Positions 54,964 through 63,798 of a stretch of DNA of 64,000 nucleotides are shown piece after piece; the first letter of the stretch is position 1; every line of letters begins with the position of its first letter. The DNA lies in assembly GCA_050916045.1 (NCBI GenBank), contig CP051526.1, positions 2,112,001 to 2,176,000 of the forward strand. Reading direction: 5' to 3'. The DNA comes from Tepidisphaera sp. (GTDB lineage Bacteria; Planctomycetota; Phycisphaerae; Phycisphaerales; UBA1924). Under the pieces are notes generated by a model. The model saw only the letters and a program-made list of their open reading frames with translations. It was not told the origin of the DNA and searched no databases. The translations under genes were made by a program, and so were the position numbers.

Positions 54964-56267
54964 TTGTTCACCACGACTTCGCCGACCGCCGGGATGCGGC
55001 ACATCGGCTTGGTCAGGAGCACCTGGGCATCACCGATCCGCCGCGCCCGGAACCCGCCCTCGCAGTACGCGAGGTAGTACTCCCACATCCGAATGAACCG
55101 GTCGTCAAACCCCATCGCCCGGACCTCGTCGAGCTTCGCGAGGAATGTCTCCCGCCACATGCGAAGCGTCGTGACGTAATGGGGCCCGATGTCCTCCATG
55201 TGCCAAAGGCGCATGTCGGTCTTGCGCTCCACCGCGTCCAGGATCGCTCCCATCGACGGGATGCAGCTTCCGGGGAAGATGTACTTCTTGATGAAGTCCT
55301 GCGTGCGGGCCGCCGCTCGGAAATACTGATCGCGGATCACGATCGACTGGATGAGCGCCGCCCCGGTCGGCTTGAGGAGCTTGGAGCAGGCACCGAAGTA
55401 CCCCGGGAGGTTCTCCGCTCCGACCGCTTCGAGCATCTCGATGCTCACGATCTTGTCGAACTCGCCCTTGAGGTCGCGGTAGTCGGACTTCAGGACCGTA
55501 ACGCGGCCCTCAAGCCCGGCTTCGCGTACGCGCTGCTCAGCCAGCCGATGCTGCTCCTCCGAAAGCGTCGTCGTGGTCACCCGGCACCCGTACCGCGACG
55601 CCGCGTGCACCGCGAGGGCGCCCCAGCCGGTCCCGATCTCAAGCAGATGGTCCGAGGGCGAGAGGAACAGCTTGCGGCATGACCGGTCGATCTTCTCGAT
55701 CTGGGCTTCCTCGAGCGTCCGGGCACCGTTCTCGAAGATCGCGCACGAGTACGTCATCGTCGGATCGAGAAACAGTCTGAAAAACTCGTTCCCCAGGTCG
55801 TAGTGCGCGACGATGTTCCGCTTGCTCCCCGCCCGCGTGTTTCGGTCGAGCCAGTAAGCCGCCGTCGCGACGGGCGCGAGAGCGCGGGCCAGCGGGCCCT
55901 CGAGCGCATCCATCGCGTCGATGTTCACCGTGATCGTCTCGATCAGGGCCGCGAGGTCGTCAGAAGCCCACGCTCCGTCGATGTAGGTCGCCGCGGCGCC
56001 CATGCTCCCGCCGAACGCGACCGCCGAGTAGAAGGACGGATCGATCACGCGCACGGTCGCGGCGGCCTGGCCGCCGGGGGGCTCGAACGCGACCTCGCCG
56101 CGTTCGTCCACCAGCCGGAGCCCGCCGTGAACGATCCGCCCGAACGAAGCGTGCACCATCCGACGGCCGATGGACTCCAGGTATCCGGGGATCCGACTCT
56201 GCCGCGCGGCCCGATCTCGGATCGACGGACGATCCAGCGCTGGCATGTCGGCTTGCAGTGAGGTCAT
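54960..56267 (-). CDS. cfa: Cyclopropane-fatty-acyl-phospholipid synthase family methyltransferase (CfaS/UfaM-like)
   Basis: NIVAHYDLGNEFF..FLDPTMTYSCA, LEIGTGWG, SIEMLEAVG, FIKKYIFPG, HYVTTL, MWEYYLAYCEGGF. Confidence 0.9.
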   Translation of the reverse strand: MTSLQADMPALDRPSIRDRAARQSRIPGYLESIGRRMVHASFGRIVHGGLRLVDERGEVAFEPPGGQAAATVRVIDPSFYSAVAFGGSMGAAATYIDGAWASDDLAALIETITVNIDAMDALEGPLARALAPVATAAYWLDRNTRAGSKRNIVAHYDLGNEFFRLFLDPTMTYSCAIFENGARTLEEAQIEKIDRSCRKLFLSPSDHLLEIGTGWGALAVHAASRYGCRVTTTTLSEEQHRLAEQRVREAGLEGRVTVLKSDYRDLKGEFDKIVSIEMLEAVGAENLPGYFGACSKLLKPTGAALIQSIVIRDQYFRAAARTQDFIKKYIFPGSCIPSMGAILDAVERKTDMRLWHMEDIGPHYVTTLRMWRETFLAKLDEVRAMGFDDRFIRMWEYYLAYCEGGFRARRIGDAQVLLTKPMCRIPAVGEVVVNK

Positions 56268-57073
56268 GAATGGTCTCCTGTCGAGGTCGTCGTCGCCACG
56301 GGCAGCGGTGGCGTCTGCGGGTGCGGGTAGAAGGGGGTGCCGCGAAGCCAGAGCTTCAGGGCTTCAAGGTGGATCCTGGCGATCACCTGAACGGTCATCA
56401 ACGGACGGCGGACAAGGAGCATGCGGAGCAGCCCCGGCGTGATCTCCCGCCGCTCAAGCCGAAGCGTGGCATCGAACACCTTCGGCGTTTCCGGTCGTCG
56501 GTCGCGCACGTTCATGTGGACGAGAAGCCCGTCCCGCGGCGGCGTGAAGGTCCAGTCGTACTCGAGGTCCATAGGCAGGAACGGCGAGACGTGGAATTCC
56601 TTGCCGAACCGCCACCGCAGGGGTCGCTCTTCCACCGACGCGGGCACCCGCTCGCGATCAAGGACGTACGCGTGACGCTCACCCCACGGGGTGTTAGTGA
56701 TCTCCGCCACGACGGCCGTCACGCGTTCCGCATCGTCGAAGCAGTAGTAGAAGGTCACCGGATTGAAAACGTAGCCGAAATACCGCAGATGCGTGAGCAT
56801 CCGGATCGGACCCGTCGGTCGCCGTCCGATCGACTCCTCGACCCGCGCACGAACCGCTTCATCCAGCGGCACGTCCCGCGAACCGAGATAGTCATCGCGC
56901 GCGAACCTCGCCGGGCAAAGCCGGGACCTGCCCCAAAGCCGCGTCATCGAGAACACCCGGTCCGTCTCCGCGAGATCCAGATACACCATATAGAGCGGGA
57001 ACGTGAAGCTCCGCGCAGGCTCCCGACGTCGGTGCCGCACATGCCCTTCGTAGATGGCGCTCCGGAGATTCAA
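56264..57073 (-). CDS. DUF1365 family protein (UfaO-like)
   Basis: YEGHVRHRR, GYVFNPVTFYYC, AEITNTPWGERHAY, KEFHVSPF, IHLEALKLW..G.PFYPHP. TTGA overlap with the upstream gene. Confidence 0.9.
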   Translation of the reverse strand: MNLRSAIYEGHVRHRRREPARSFTFPLYMVYLDLAETDRVFSMTRLWGRSRLCPARFARDDYLGSRDVPLDEAVRARVEESIGRRPTGPIRMLTHLRYFGYVFNPVTFYYCFDDAERVTAVVAEITNTPWGERHAYVLDRERVPASVEERPLRWRFGKEFHVSPFLPMDLEYDWTFTPPRDGLLVHMNVRDRRPETPKVFDATLRLERREITPGLLRMLLVRRPLMTVQVIARIHLEALKLWLRGTPFYPHPQTPPLPVATTTSTGDHS

Positions 57074-58311
57074 AGCCCGACCCCCAGACGCTCGCACACG
57101 CGCAGGGCGCTCGTCACTCCGTCCTCATGAAAGCCGTTCCCCCAGTACGCCCCGCAGTAGTGCGTCCGGTTCACCCCGCTGATCTCGGCCCAGCGGCCGC
57201 GGGCGGCTTCGCCCCCCATCGTGTAAAGCGGGTGCGCGTACGAGAACCGGCGGATGATCTTCGACGGATTGATCCGCTCGGTGGCGTTCAGCGTCACACA
57301 AAGGGGTTCCCGCGTCGCAAAGCCCTGTAGCATCGACATGTTGTACGTCACCACCGCCGGCTTTGCACTGTCGGGCGTCACAATGTAGTTCCACGCCGCC
57401 CAGCACCGCTCCCGGTCGGGCAGCAGCGATCGATCCGTGTGAAGCACCACATCGTTGGGCTGGTACGGCATGGCGCCGAGCACGGCCCGCTCCGCCGGCG
57501 TGGCATCCGCGAGCAGCTTCAGCGATTCGTCCGAATGCGAGGCCAGAATGACCTCGTCAAACCGCTCTTCCCCCGCCGCCGTGCGCACGAAGACGCCGTC
57601 GGCGGTCCGACGGACCGACTCGACGCCGTGTCCGACGCGAACGAGGCTCTTGAGCACGCTCATCATCGCATCAATGTAACAGCGGGAGCCCCCGACGATC
57701 GTCCGCCACTGGAGGCGGTCCGTATGGTCGAGCATCCCGTGGTTGTCGAAGAACCTCAGGATGAACCGAGCCGGAAACCGCATCAGATCCTCCCGAGGAG
57801 CCGACCACACCGCCGCCGCCATCGGAAGAAGGTAACCGTCCAGAAAGGCCCGCGAGAATCGCCCCGAATCGCAGAGCATCCCGATCGTCGTCTCCGGCGG
57901 CAGGTCCGCCAGCGCCGTCCGGCCCGTCCGCCGAAGCCGCATCGCGCCCAGGATGACGCTCCACCAGCGCGGACGCAGCAGGTTTGTCGCCGATCCGATG
58001 ATCCCGGCTTTCCGCTCTCCGCCGTACTCGAATCCGCCGGCTTCATCCTTCAAGCTGAATGACATGGTGGTCGGCCGCGACGCCACGCCGAGCCTGGACA
58101 TCAGGTTGCAGAAGTTGGGGTAGTTCCGCTCGTTGAAGACGATGAACCCCGTGTCGACCGGGAGGGTCCGCCCTTCGTGCTCGACCGGCACCGTGCTTGT
58201 GTGCCCACCCAGGCGGCTGTCCTTCTCAAAGACCACCACCTCGTGCGCCCCGGCGAGGAGGTACGCGCACGTCAAACCGCTGATGCCCGACCCCACGATC
58301 GCGATCCTCAC
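57070..58311 (-). CDS. FAD/NAD(P)-binding oxidoreductase (amine-oxidase-like, COG2907/UfaD-like)
   Basis: IAIVGSGISGL, RLGGH..VDTGFIVFN..NYPN, FFDNHG, WAAWNY, YAHP, GAYWGNGFHEDG. Confidence 0.9.
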   Translation of the reverse strand: MRIAIVGSGISGLTCAYLLAGAHEVVVFEKDSRLGGHTSTVPVEHEGRTLPVDTGFIVFNERNYPNFCNLMSRLGVASRPTTMSFSLKDEAGGFEYGGERKAGIIGSATNLLRPRWWSVILGAMRLRRTGRTALADLPPETTIGMLCDSGRFSRAFLDGYLLPMAAAVWSAPREDLMRFPARFILRFFDNHGMLDHTDRLQWRTIVGGSRCYIDAMMSVLKSLVRVGHGVESVRRTADGVFVRTAAGEERFDEVILASHSDESLKLLADATPAERAVLGAMPYQPNDVVLHTDRSLLPDRERCWAAWNYIVTPDSAKPAVVTYNMSMLQGFATREPLCVTLNATERINPSKIIRRFSYAHPLYTMGGEAARGRWAEISGVNRTHYCGAYWGNGFHEDGVTSALRVCERLGVGL

Positions 58312-59255
58312 GCTTGCGCTCCCTTCCCGTCGTTCGCGCCGCGGGCGCCCTCAAGCCAGCCGGTCGCATACGCCCGAAGCTCCGTCATCGAGGCGCACAC
58401 CTTCACCCGCTCGCGAACCTTCGCCGGAAGCGCTCCCACGCTCCTCCCCCCCACCACGATCCGCCCGCCGCTCTCCGTCGCGGACCTTTCGAGCGCAAGC
58501 CAAGCCGACTCGGACTTCGCCGCCGGCGCCGCGCTCACGCTGATACTGCAAAGCCTCGCCCGGTACCGGCTCATCGCCAACGCCACCGTCTCAAGCGGCG
58601 TGAAAGCCCCAAGGTTGTGCGCACGGATCCCGCCCTCGCGGAGCACGAGGCACGCGAGCATCGGCGCGAGCAGGTACGGATCCTCCGGCGCCCCCGCCGT
58701 CACCGCCGCCGGTGCACCCGCCGGCGGCTCACCAAGCCACGACCCGATCTCCGAAAGGGCGTGCAAACACGAATCGACGGCCCGGTGCTCGAGCAGGATC
58801 CCCTCAGGGCTCTCGTGCCAGAGCGATCCAAGCCGCTGCATCACGGGTCTGATCAGGTCGTCCGCGAGGCTCGCGATGTCCGCTCCGCCGAGAAACCGAC
58901 CGGCAAGAACCGCGCGGGCCTCGGCGGGCCGATCGTTCGCGAGCGCTTCGTAAAGCCCCTCGGTCGCATCGTCGTCCAGAGCCGCGATCTGCGGAACGCT
59001 CTGAATCGGAAGCAGGTGGGGCTTGGCCAGCGGCGATCCATGGCGGCGGATGAATCCAATCGCGGCGGCGAGCGAAATGCGTCGGTGCCCCCCCGCGGTC
59101 CGGTCCGCCGCGATGGTGCCATCGTCCACCCACCGCTTGATCGAAGACTCGCTGACCCCGAGGGAATCCGCGAGCTGGCGGCTGGTGAGAAACGGGGATG
59201 GCCTTGAATTGCGAACGATTTGAACGATTATCCCCGGACGCCGAGAACCGGTCAA
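58308..59255 (-). CDS. CarH/LitR-like transcriptional regulator (MerR/excisionase HTH plus cobalamin-binding-like domains)
   Basis: LADSLGVSESSIKRW..RTAGGHRRI HTH. W-x9-EH motif (WHESPEGILLEH). Rossmann part ..NLGAFTP..ISVS..IVVGG. Start uncertain (TTG 59255 or ATG 59318). Confidence 0.8.
   Translation of the reverse strand: MTGSRRPGIIVQIVRNSRPSPFLTSRQLADSLGVSESSIKRWVDDGTIAADRTAGGHRRISLAAAIGFIRRHGSPLAKPHLLPIQSVPQIAALDDDATEGLYEALANDRPAEARAVLAGRFLGGADIASLADDLIRPVMQRLGSLWHESPEGILLEHRAVDSCLHALSEIGSWLGEPPAGAPAAVTAGAPEDPYLLAPMLACLVLREGGIRAHNLGAFTPLETVALAMSRYRARLCSISVSAAPAAKSESAWLALERSATESGGRIVVGGRSVGALPAKVRERVKVCASMTELRAYATGWLEGARGANDGKGAQA
59213..59229. promoter_or_regulatory. Candidate operator copy 1 (GAACGATT-T-GAACGATT)
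   Basis: 17-mer with an internal 9-bp-period direct repeat. Identical copy at 59340-59356. Overlaps the predicted -10 box. Confidence 0.6.
59227..59255 (-). promoter_or_regulatory. Sigma-70-like promoter for the regulator/lipid-modification operon
   Basis: Minus strand TTGACC (59255-59250), 17-nt spacer, GATAAT (59232-59227). Confidence 0.55.
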
Positions 59256-59337
59256 GAGTACAGAGGCTTGTTTGCCCCTGATTTTCCCGCCTGATGATTG
59301 ACGCTCGACCAGTCCCATAGAATGCCTAGGATTCGCC

Positions 59338-60111
59338 ATGAACGATTTGAACGATTCGCGCCGGCCCAAGTTCAAGCTCTACACCTTCCGCGCCATCGCC
59401 GCCGCGACCGCTCTCGCCGCCGGCTGCAGCACGACGACCTCCACGCCGGAGACGGCCTACACCCCACCCTCGCCCGCCAAGGCCCCCGCCTATCCCGATC
59501 CCGGCATGGCCGTTCGCGTGGGAGGCGACATGAACGCCGCCGTGACCGGGACTGACGGCGATTTCCGGTTTGGGCCCTGCCGCGTTGATACGCCGCTCCC
59601 GGTCGGTTATCCCCGGCCGACGCCCCCGGGCGCGATCGAGGTCAAGACCTATCCCGCGGCTCGCTTGGCCGAGGTGACAGGCTCCGGCGATCCCGACAGC
59701 GGGATGAACGGCGCGTTCTGGCCTCTCTTCAACCACATCAAGAGCAAAGACATCGCGATGACCTCGCCGGTTGAAATGAACTACACGGGCATGGACGGCG
59801 AAGCGGCCAAGCAGCCGACCTCCTGGTCCATGGCGTTCCTCTACCGCTCGCCCGACATGAACAAGACAGGCCCGGATGGCAAGGTGACCGTCCGCGATGT
59901 CGCTCCGATCACGGTGCTCTCCATCGGCCTCAAGGGTGACTACTCGATGGAACTCGTCGAGCGCGGCCGCGAGGCCCTCCGCGATTTCCTCGCCGCCAAC
60001 CCGCGCTGGCGCATCGCCGGCGACTGGCGTGCTCTGTACTACAACGGCCCCGCGATCCTCTTCTGGAACAAGTGGGCCGAGATCCAGGTGCCGGTCCGTG
60101 CGGTCGAGTAA
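59338..60111 (+). CDS. SOUL heme-binding family lipoprotein
   Basis: Lipobox AAGC. IEVKTYP, AFWPLFNHI....IAMTSPV, SMAFLY, YNGP....WAEIQVPV. Confidence 0.8.
   Translation: MNDLNDSRRPKFKLYTFRAIAAATALAAGCSTTTSTPETAYTPPSPAKAPAYPDPGMAVRVGGDMNAAVTGTDGDFRFGPCRVDTPLPVGYPRPTPPGAIEVKTYPAARLAEVTGSGDPDSGMNGAFWPLFNHIKSKDIAMTSPVEMNYTGMDGEAAKQPTSWSMAFLYRSPDMNKTGPDGKVTVRDVAPITVLSIGLKGDYSMELVERGREALRDFLAANPRWRIAGDWRALYYNGPAILFWNKWAEIQVPVRAVE
59340..59356. promoter_or_regulatory. Candidate operator copy 2 (GAACGATT-T-GAACGATT)
   Basis: Identical to 59213-59229. Overlaps the start of the divergent SOUL gene. Confidence 0.6.
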
Positions 60112-60169
60112 TCGCATCCTCCGCCACCGGCCTTACAGCGCCGAACTCTCGGAACGCGGAGACCTCCCC

Positions 60170-60736
60170 ATGAGCTTAGCGAGCGACAAATCCAGCCTCC
60201 AGGCCCCCATCGGCCTCGCGGCGGCACTCAGCGGCTTGCGTGACCAGTCGGGCACCTCGCTCCAAACCCTGTCGGATGAACGCCCCACGCTCATCTGTCT
60301 GCTCAGGCACAACGGGTGCACGTTCTGCCGCGAGACCATCGCCCGCCTGGCGAAAGAGCAGGCGTCGATCGAGAGCCGGGGCTACCGCATCGCCGTCGTC
60401 GGCATGTCCCCCGATGCGTCCTCCCTCGCCCAGATCGGAGCATACTTCGGCCTCACCAGCGCGTCATGGTTCTCTGATCCCGACCGGATCCTCTACCGAG
60501 CCCTGAGCGTCGGTCGTGGCACATTCTGGCAGCTTCTGGGCCCCCGCGTGGTCGTTGCCGGCATCCTCGGCATCTTCCGCGGCTACGGCATCGGTAAGCC
60601 CGTCGGCGACACCTTCCAGATGCCCGGCACCGCCGTCATCCACAAGGGCCGCGTCATCCGCCAGCACATCCACACCCACGCGGGCGACCAGCCTGACTTC
60701 GCTCAGGTCGCATGCTCGATCAACGCGGCAAGGTGA
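60170..60736 (+). CDS. AhpC/TSA-like (peroxiredoxin-like 2 / SelL-related) redox protein
   Basis: LRHNGCTFCRE (CxxC), SDPDRILYRAL, GDTFQMPG, AGDQPD. Confidence 0.8.
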   Translation: MSLASDKSSLQAPIGLAAALSGLRDQSGTSLQTLSDERPTLICLLRHNGCTFCRETIARLAKEQASIESRGYRIAVVGMSPDASSLAQIGAYFGLTSASWFSDPDRILYRALSVGRGTFWQLLGPRVVVAGILGIFRGYGIGKPVGDTFQMPGTAVIHKGRVIRQHIHTHAGDQPDFAQVACSINAAR

Positions 60737-61043
60737 CCGCACGCGCGTGGCGGCTGCTGCCGCAAGAATCGCGGTGAGCGAGCGACCAATGACCAATCGA
60801 CCGATCCGGACGCCCCTTATGGTGTTCGCGTTTTGATCGGGCTTGGTCGCTGGTCGCCTCGCGCGATCGGGTCCCAATTGAAGTTGATGCCATCGCAGCG
60901 TGGCGGGCCAGAGGCCGTCGCGACCGCGCGCGATCGGAGCCTGAAAATTCCGCAAGGGGGTTGGCACAAGTTTCTCGTAATCAGTCTGCCGGCGAGAGGT
61001 CGGCGCTGCCGCCCGGTCGGGCGAGCGTTTACGAGGAGCACCC

Positions 61044-63764
61044 GTGTCAAAGAAACTTCACCCGTCGGCCTCTTCCGTCCGCCACCACACGTCCGGATTT
61101 GCGAAGCTGCGATCGCCCGCTGTTCTCGCCGGACTGGCCGGCTTGGCCTTCGCGTCCGCGGCTTTCGCCGGCCCCCTCACGACCTCCGTTACCTACCAAG
61201 GACAACTCCGGGCGTCGTCGGCGCTCGTCAACGGCACCTTCGACCTCCAGTTCAGGCTTTATGACGCCGCGTCCGGTGGGGTCCAGGTGGGTCCTGCGCT
61301 GTGCGCCGATAACGTGATGGTGACGGACGGTCAGTTCACGGTCGTCCTCGACTTCGGGGCGTTCGGCGCCGACGCGAGGCACCTGGAGGTCGATGTGAGG
61401 CCGGACTCGGGGCTCACATGCGGCGATCCGTCGGGGTGGCAGACGCTCTCGCCGAGGCAGTCGGTGACGGCGGCGCCGGTGGCGTCGTATGCAATGACTG
61501 CGGAAACGGCGACGAACGCGGCCACCGCCACGACCGCGGCCACGGCGACGAACGCCACCCAGCTCAACGGGCAGTCTTCAGCGTACTACACGAGCGCGGC
61601 GAACCTGACGGGCACACTTCCCTCCGCGGTGCTGGGTGGGACGTATGGAGGCACCCTTGACTTCGAGAACCCCGCGAACTCGTTCGCCGGCACTTTCATC
61701 GGGAACGGCGCGTCTCTGATCAACCTCAACGCGGATCAACTGACCAGCGGCACGATCCCGTCGGCTCGAGTTTCGGGCACATACTCGAACGCGTTAACGC
61801 TGAGCAACGCGTCCAATTCATTCACCGGGAACGGCGCGGGGCTCACGGCCCTCAACGCCTCGAACCTGGCGAGCGGCACGTTGCCTTCGGCTCGCTTCTC
61901 TGGCGCCTACACGAACCAGGTGACGTTCAGCAATCCCTTCAATGTCTACCTTGGCGACGGCACGAATCTTGTTTCGCTCAACGCGAGCAGCTTGAATTCC
62001 GGCACGGTCCCCAATGGTCGCCTCGGCGGCACGTATGGCGGCGTGTTGAACTTCACCAACGCGTCCAACGTCTACGCCGGTAACGGTGCAAGCCTGACGG
62101 CACTCAATGCGAGCAGCCTCTCGACCGGCACGCTCCCCGACGCACGCCTCTCAGGCACTTACACGAACTCGGTGACATTCAACAACGCGGCGAACGTCTT
62201 CGCCGGCAACGGTGCGGCCCTCACGGGATTGAGCGCCTCGAACCTGGGCAGCGGCACCCTTCCGTCTGCGGTCTTGTCGGGCACGTACTCCAACGCCCTG
62301 ACCTTCAGCAACGCGTCCAACGCCTTTACCGGGAGCGGCGCGGGGCTGACCGCGCTCAACGCGAGCAACCTCTCGACGGGCACGGTCGCCGACGCTCGCT
62401 TGGGCGCGAACGTCGCGATGAAAAGCGCCGCCAACGCGTTCGGGAACTTCACCAACTCCTTTGCGGGCTCGGTGGGGATCGGGCAGACGGCTCCGGGGTT
62501 CCCACTCAACTTCGCATCGTCAGTGGGCGACAAGATTTCTCTCTTCGGGAACACCGGGAACCACTATGGCTTTGGCATCCAAGCCAGCCTCCTCCAGATT
62601 CACTCCGACTCGGCGACTTCCGACATCGCGTTCGGCTACGGCACCAGCGCGGCCATGACCGAGACGATGCGTATCAGGGGCAACGGCCGCCTGGGCATCG
62701 GAACCAGCGCCCCCGCGACACCGCTGCATGTCTTCGGCATCGACGGCATCACCATCGGCAGCAGCGCCACCGGGCAGACCTCTGTCAGACTCAGCGCGAG
62801 CGCCGCCACCAACGGGTACGGCATCATCCAGTCTGTGAGTGCTCAGGGCACCGCCTGGGGCGACACCATCATCAGCCCCTCGGGCGGGCGCGTCGGCGTC
62901 GCCACCGCCGTCCTGTCTGACTCCTCGCTCCACGTCAGCGCGGGCACGCGGCTCTCGGGCATCACCGCTGAGAGTTCCCTCGCGGGCGGCGTGGCCATCA
63001 CCGGCACCTCGACCGCCGGAACCCTTGACTCCGTCGGCGGGCTGTTCGAGTCCAACAGCACAACCGGCACCGGACTCGTCGCTTCCTCGAACGCGGCAAC
63101 GGGCATCAACTACGGTCTGCGGGCGTACACCTCCAGCTCCTCCGCCAACGCCATCGCGATCCTCGGCGAGGCGACCGCCTCCGGGGCCAACTTCGGCGTC
63201 TACGGCACGGCGACCGGGGCGTCGGCGTTCGGCGTCTACGCCAACGGCCGCCTCGGTGCTTCGGGCACCAAGAGCTTCATGATCGACCACCCGCTCGATC
63301 CCGAGAACAAAGTTCTCTACCACTACAGCATCGAGAGTCCCGAAGTCCTCAACATGTACTCGGGCATCGTGACGCTCGATGGCGCGGGCGAAGCCTGGGT
63401 TGAGCTGCCGGACTACTTCGAATCCATCAACATCGACGCGAGGTACACCCTGACCGCGGTCGGCGGACCGGGCCCGATGCTTCACATCGCCGAGAAGGTG
63501 AGCGGGAACCGGTTCAAGATCGCGGGCGGGTCTCCGGCCCTGGAAGTGTCGTGGGAGGTCAAAGCCAAGCGCAACGACCGGTTCGTCGAGACCTACGGGG
63601 CCCCCGTGGAACGTGTGAAGGGCGAGGGTGAGCAGGGGACGTACCTGCGGCCCGAGTTGTACGGGCAGCCCGCCAGCCGCTCGCAGGTGAATCCCGCTCG
63701 CAAGCCTGCTTCGCGGCCGACCCCGGTTGTTCAGCCATCCGGTGGCGCTCCGGCGACCAAGTAA
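61044..63764 (+). CDS. Large secreted fibre-like protein: 'TYQGQL' N-domain, 42-aa repeats, C-terminal 'IDHPLDP' domain
   Basis: GTG start with SD GAGGAG. Signal peptide (AFA-G). VTYQGQL..FRLYDAA..GQFTVVLDFG..PRQ..TAAP.A. C-terminal KSFMIDHPLDPENKVLYHYSIESPE. Confidence 0.85.
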   Translation: MSKKLHPSASSVRHHTSGFAKLRSPAVLAGLAGLAFASAAFAGPLTTSVTYQGQLRASSALVNGTFDLQFRLYDAASGGVQVGPALCADNVMVTDGQFTVVLDFGAFGADARHLEVDVRPDSGLTCGDPSGWQTLSPRQSVTAAPVASYAMTAETATNAATATTAATATNATQLNGQSSAYYTSAANLTGTLPSAVLGGTYGGTLDFENPANSFAGTFIGNGASLINLNADQLTSGTIPSARVSGTYSNALTLSNASNSFTGNGAGLTALNASNLASGTLPSARFSGAYTNQVTFSNPFNVYLGDGTNLVSLNASSLNSGTVPNGRLGGTYGGVLNFTNASNVYAGNGASLTALNASSLSTGTLPDARLSGTYTNSVTFNNAANVFAGNGAALTGLSASNLGSGTLPSAVLSGTYSNALTFSNASNAFTGSGAGLTALNASNLSTGTVADARLGANVAMKSAANAFGNFTNSFAGSVGIGQTAPGFPLNFASSVGDKISLFGNTGNHYGFGIQASLLQIHSDSATSDIAFGYGTSAAMTETMRIRGNGRLGIGTSAPATPLHVFGIDGITIGSSATGQTSVRLSASAATNGYGIIQSVSAQGTAWGDTIISPSGGRVGVATAVLSDSSLHVSAGTRLSGITAESSLAGGVAITGTSTAGTLDSVGGLFESNSTTGTGLVASSNAATGINYGLRAYTSSSSANAIAILGEATASGANFGVYGTATGASAFGVYANGRLGASGTKSFMIDHPLDPENKVLYHYSIESPEVLNMYSGIVTLDGAGEAWVELPDYFESINIDARYTLTAVGGPGPMLHIAEKVSGNRFKIAGGSPALEVSWEVKAKRNDRFVETYGAPVERVKGEGEQGTYLRPELYGQPASRSQVNPARKPASRPTPVVQPSGGAPATK
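61593..62405 (+). repeat. Intragenic 126-bp (42-aa) tandem repeats, about 6.5 copies
   Basis: Units of type LNAS.L.SGT.P.AR.SGTY.N..TF.N..N.F.GNGA.LTA start at 61725, 61851, 61977, 62103, 62229 and 62355 (partial), plus a variant first copy near 61593. Confidence 0.9.
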
Positions 63765-63798
63765 ATCACCAACCTCAGACCCCAAGGGAGCACCCCCC

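Noticed and set aside
59298..59323. Sigma-70 promoter TTGACG...TAGAAT for the SOUL gene
   Set aside because: The spacer is only 14 nt. The -10 may be real, but this -35 pairing is not supported.
60170..60736. Selenoprotein (SelL-like with UGA recoding)
   Set aside because: The motif is plain CTFC with no in-frame TGA.
60961..60976. Sigma-54 promoter upstream of the fibre gene
   Set aside because: TGGCAC is present, but the -12 GC is missing at the required spacing (TTGGCACAAGTTTCTC).
61044..63764. Prophage tail-fibre gene
   Set aside because: It has a Sec signal peptide and no neighbouring phage structural genes, so a cellular surface protein fits better.
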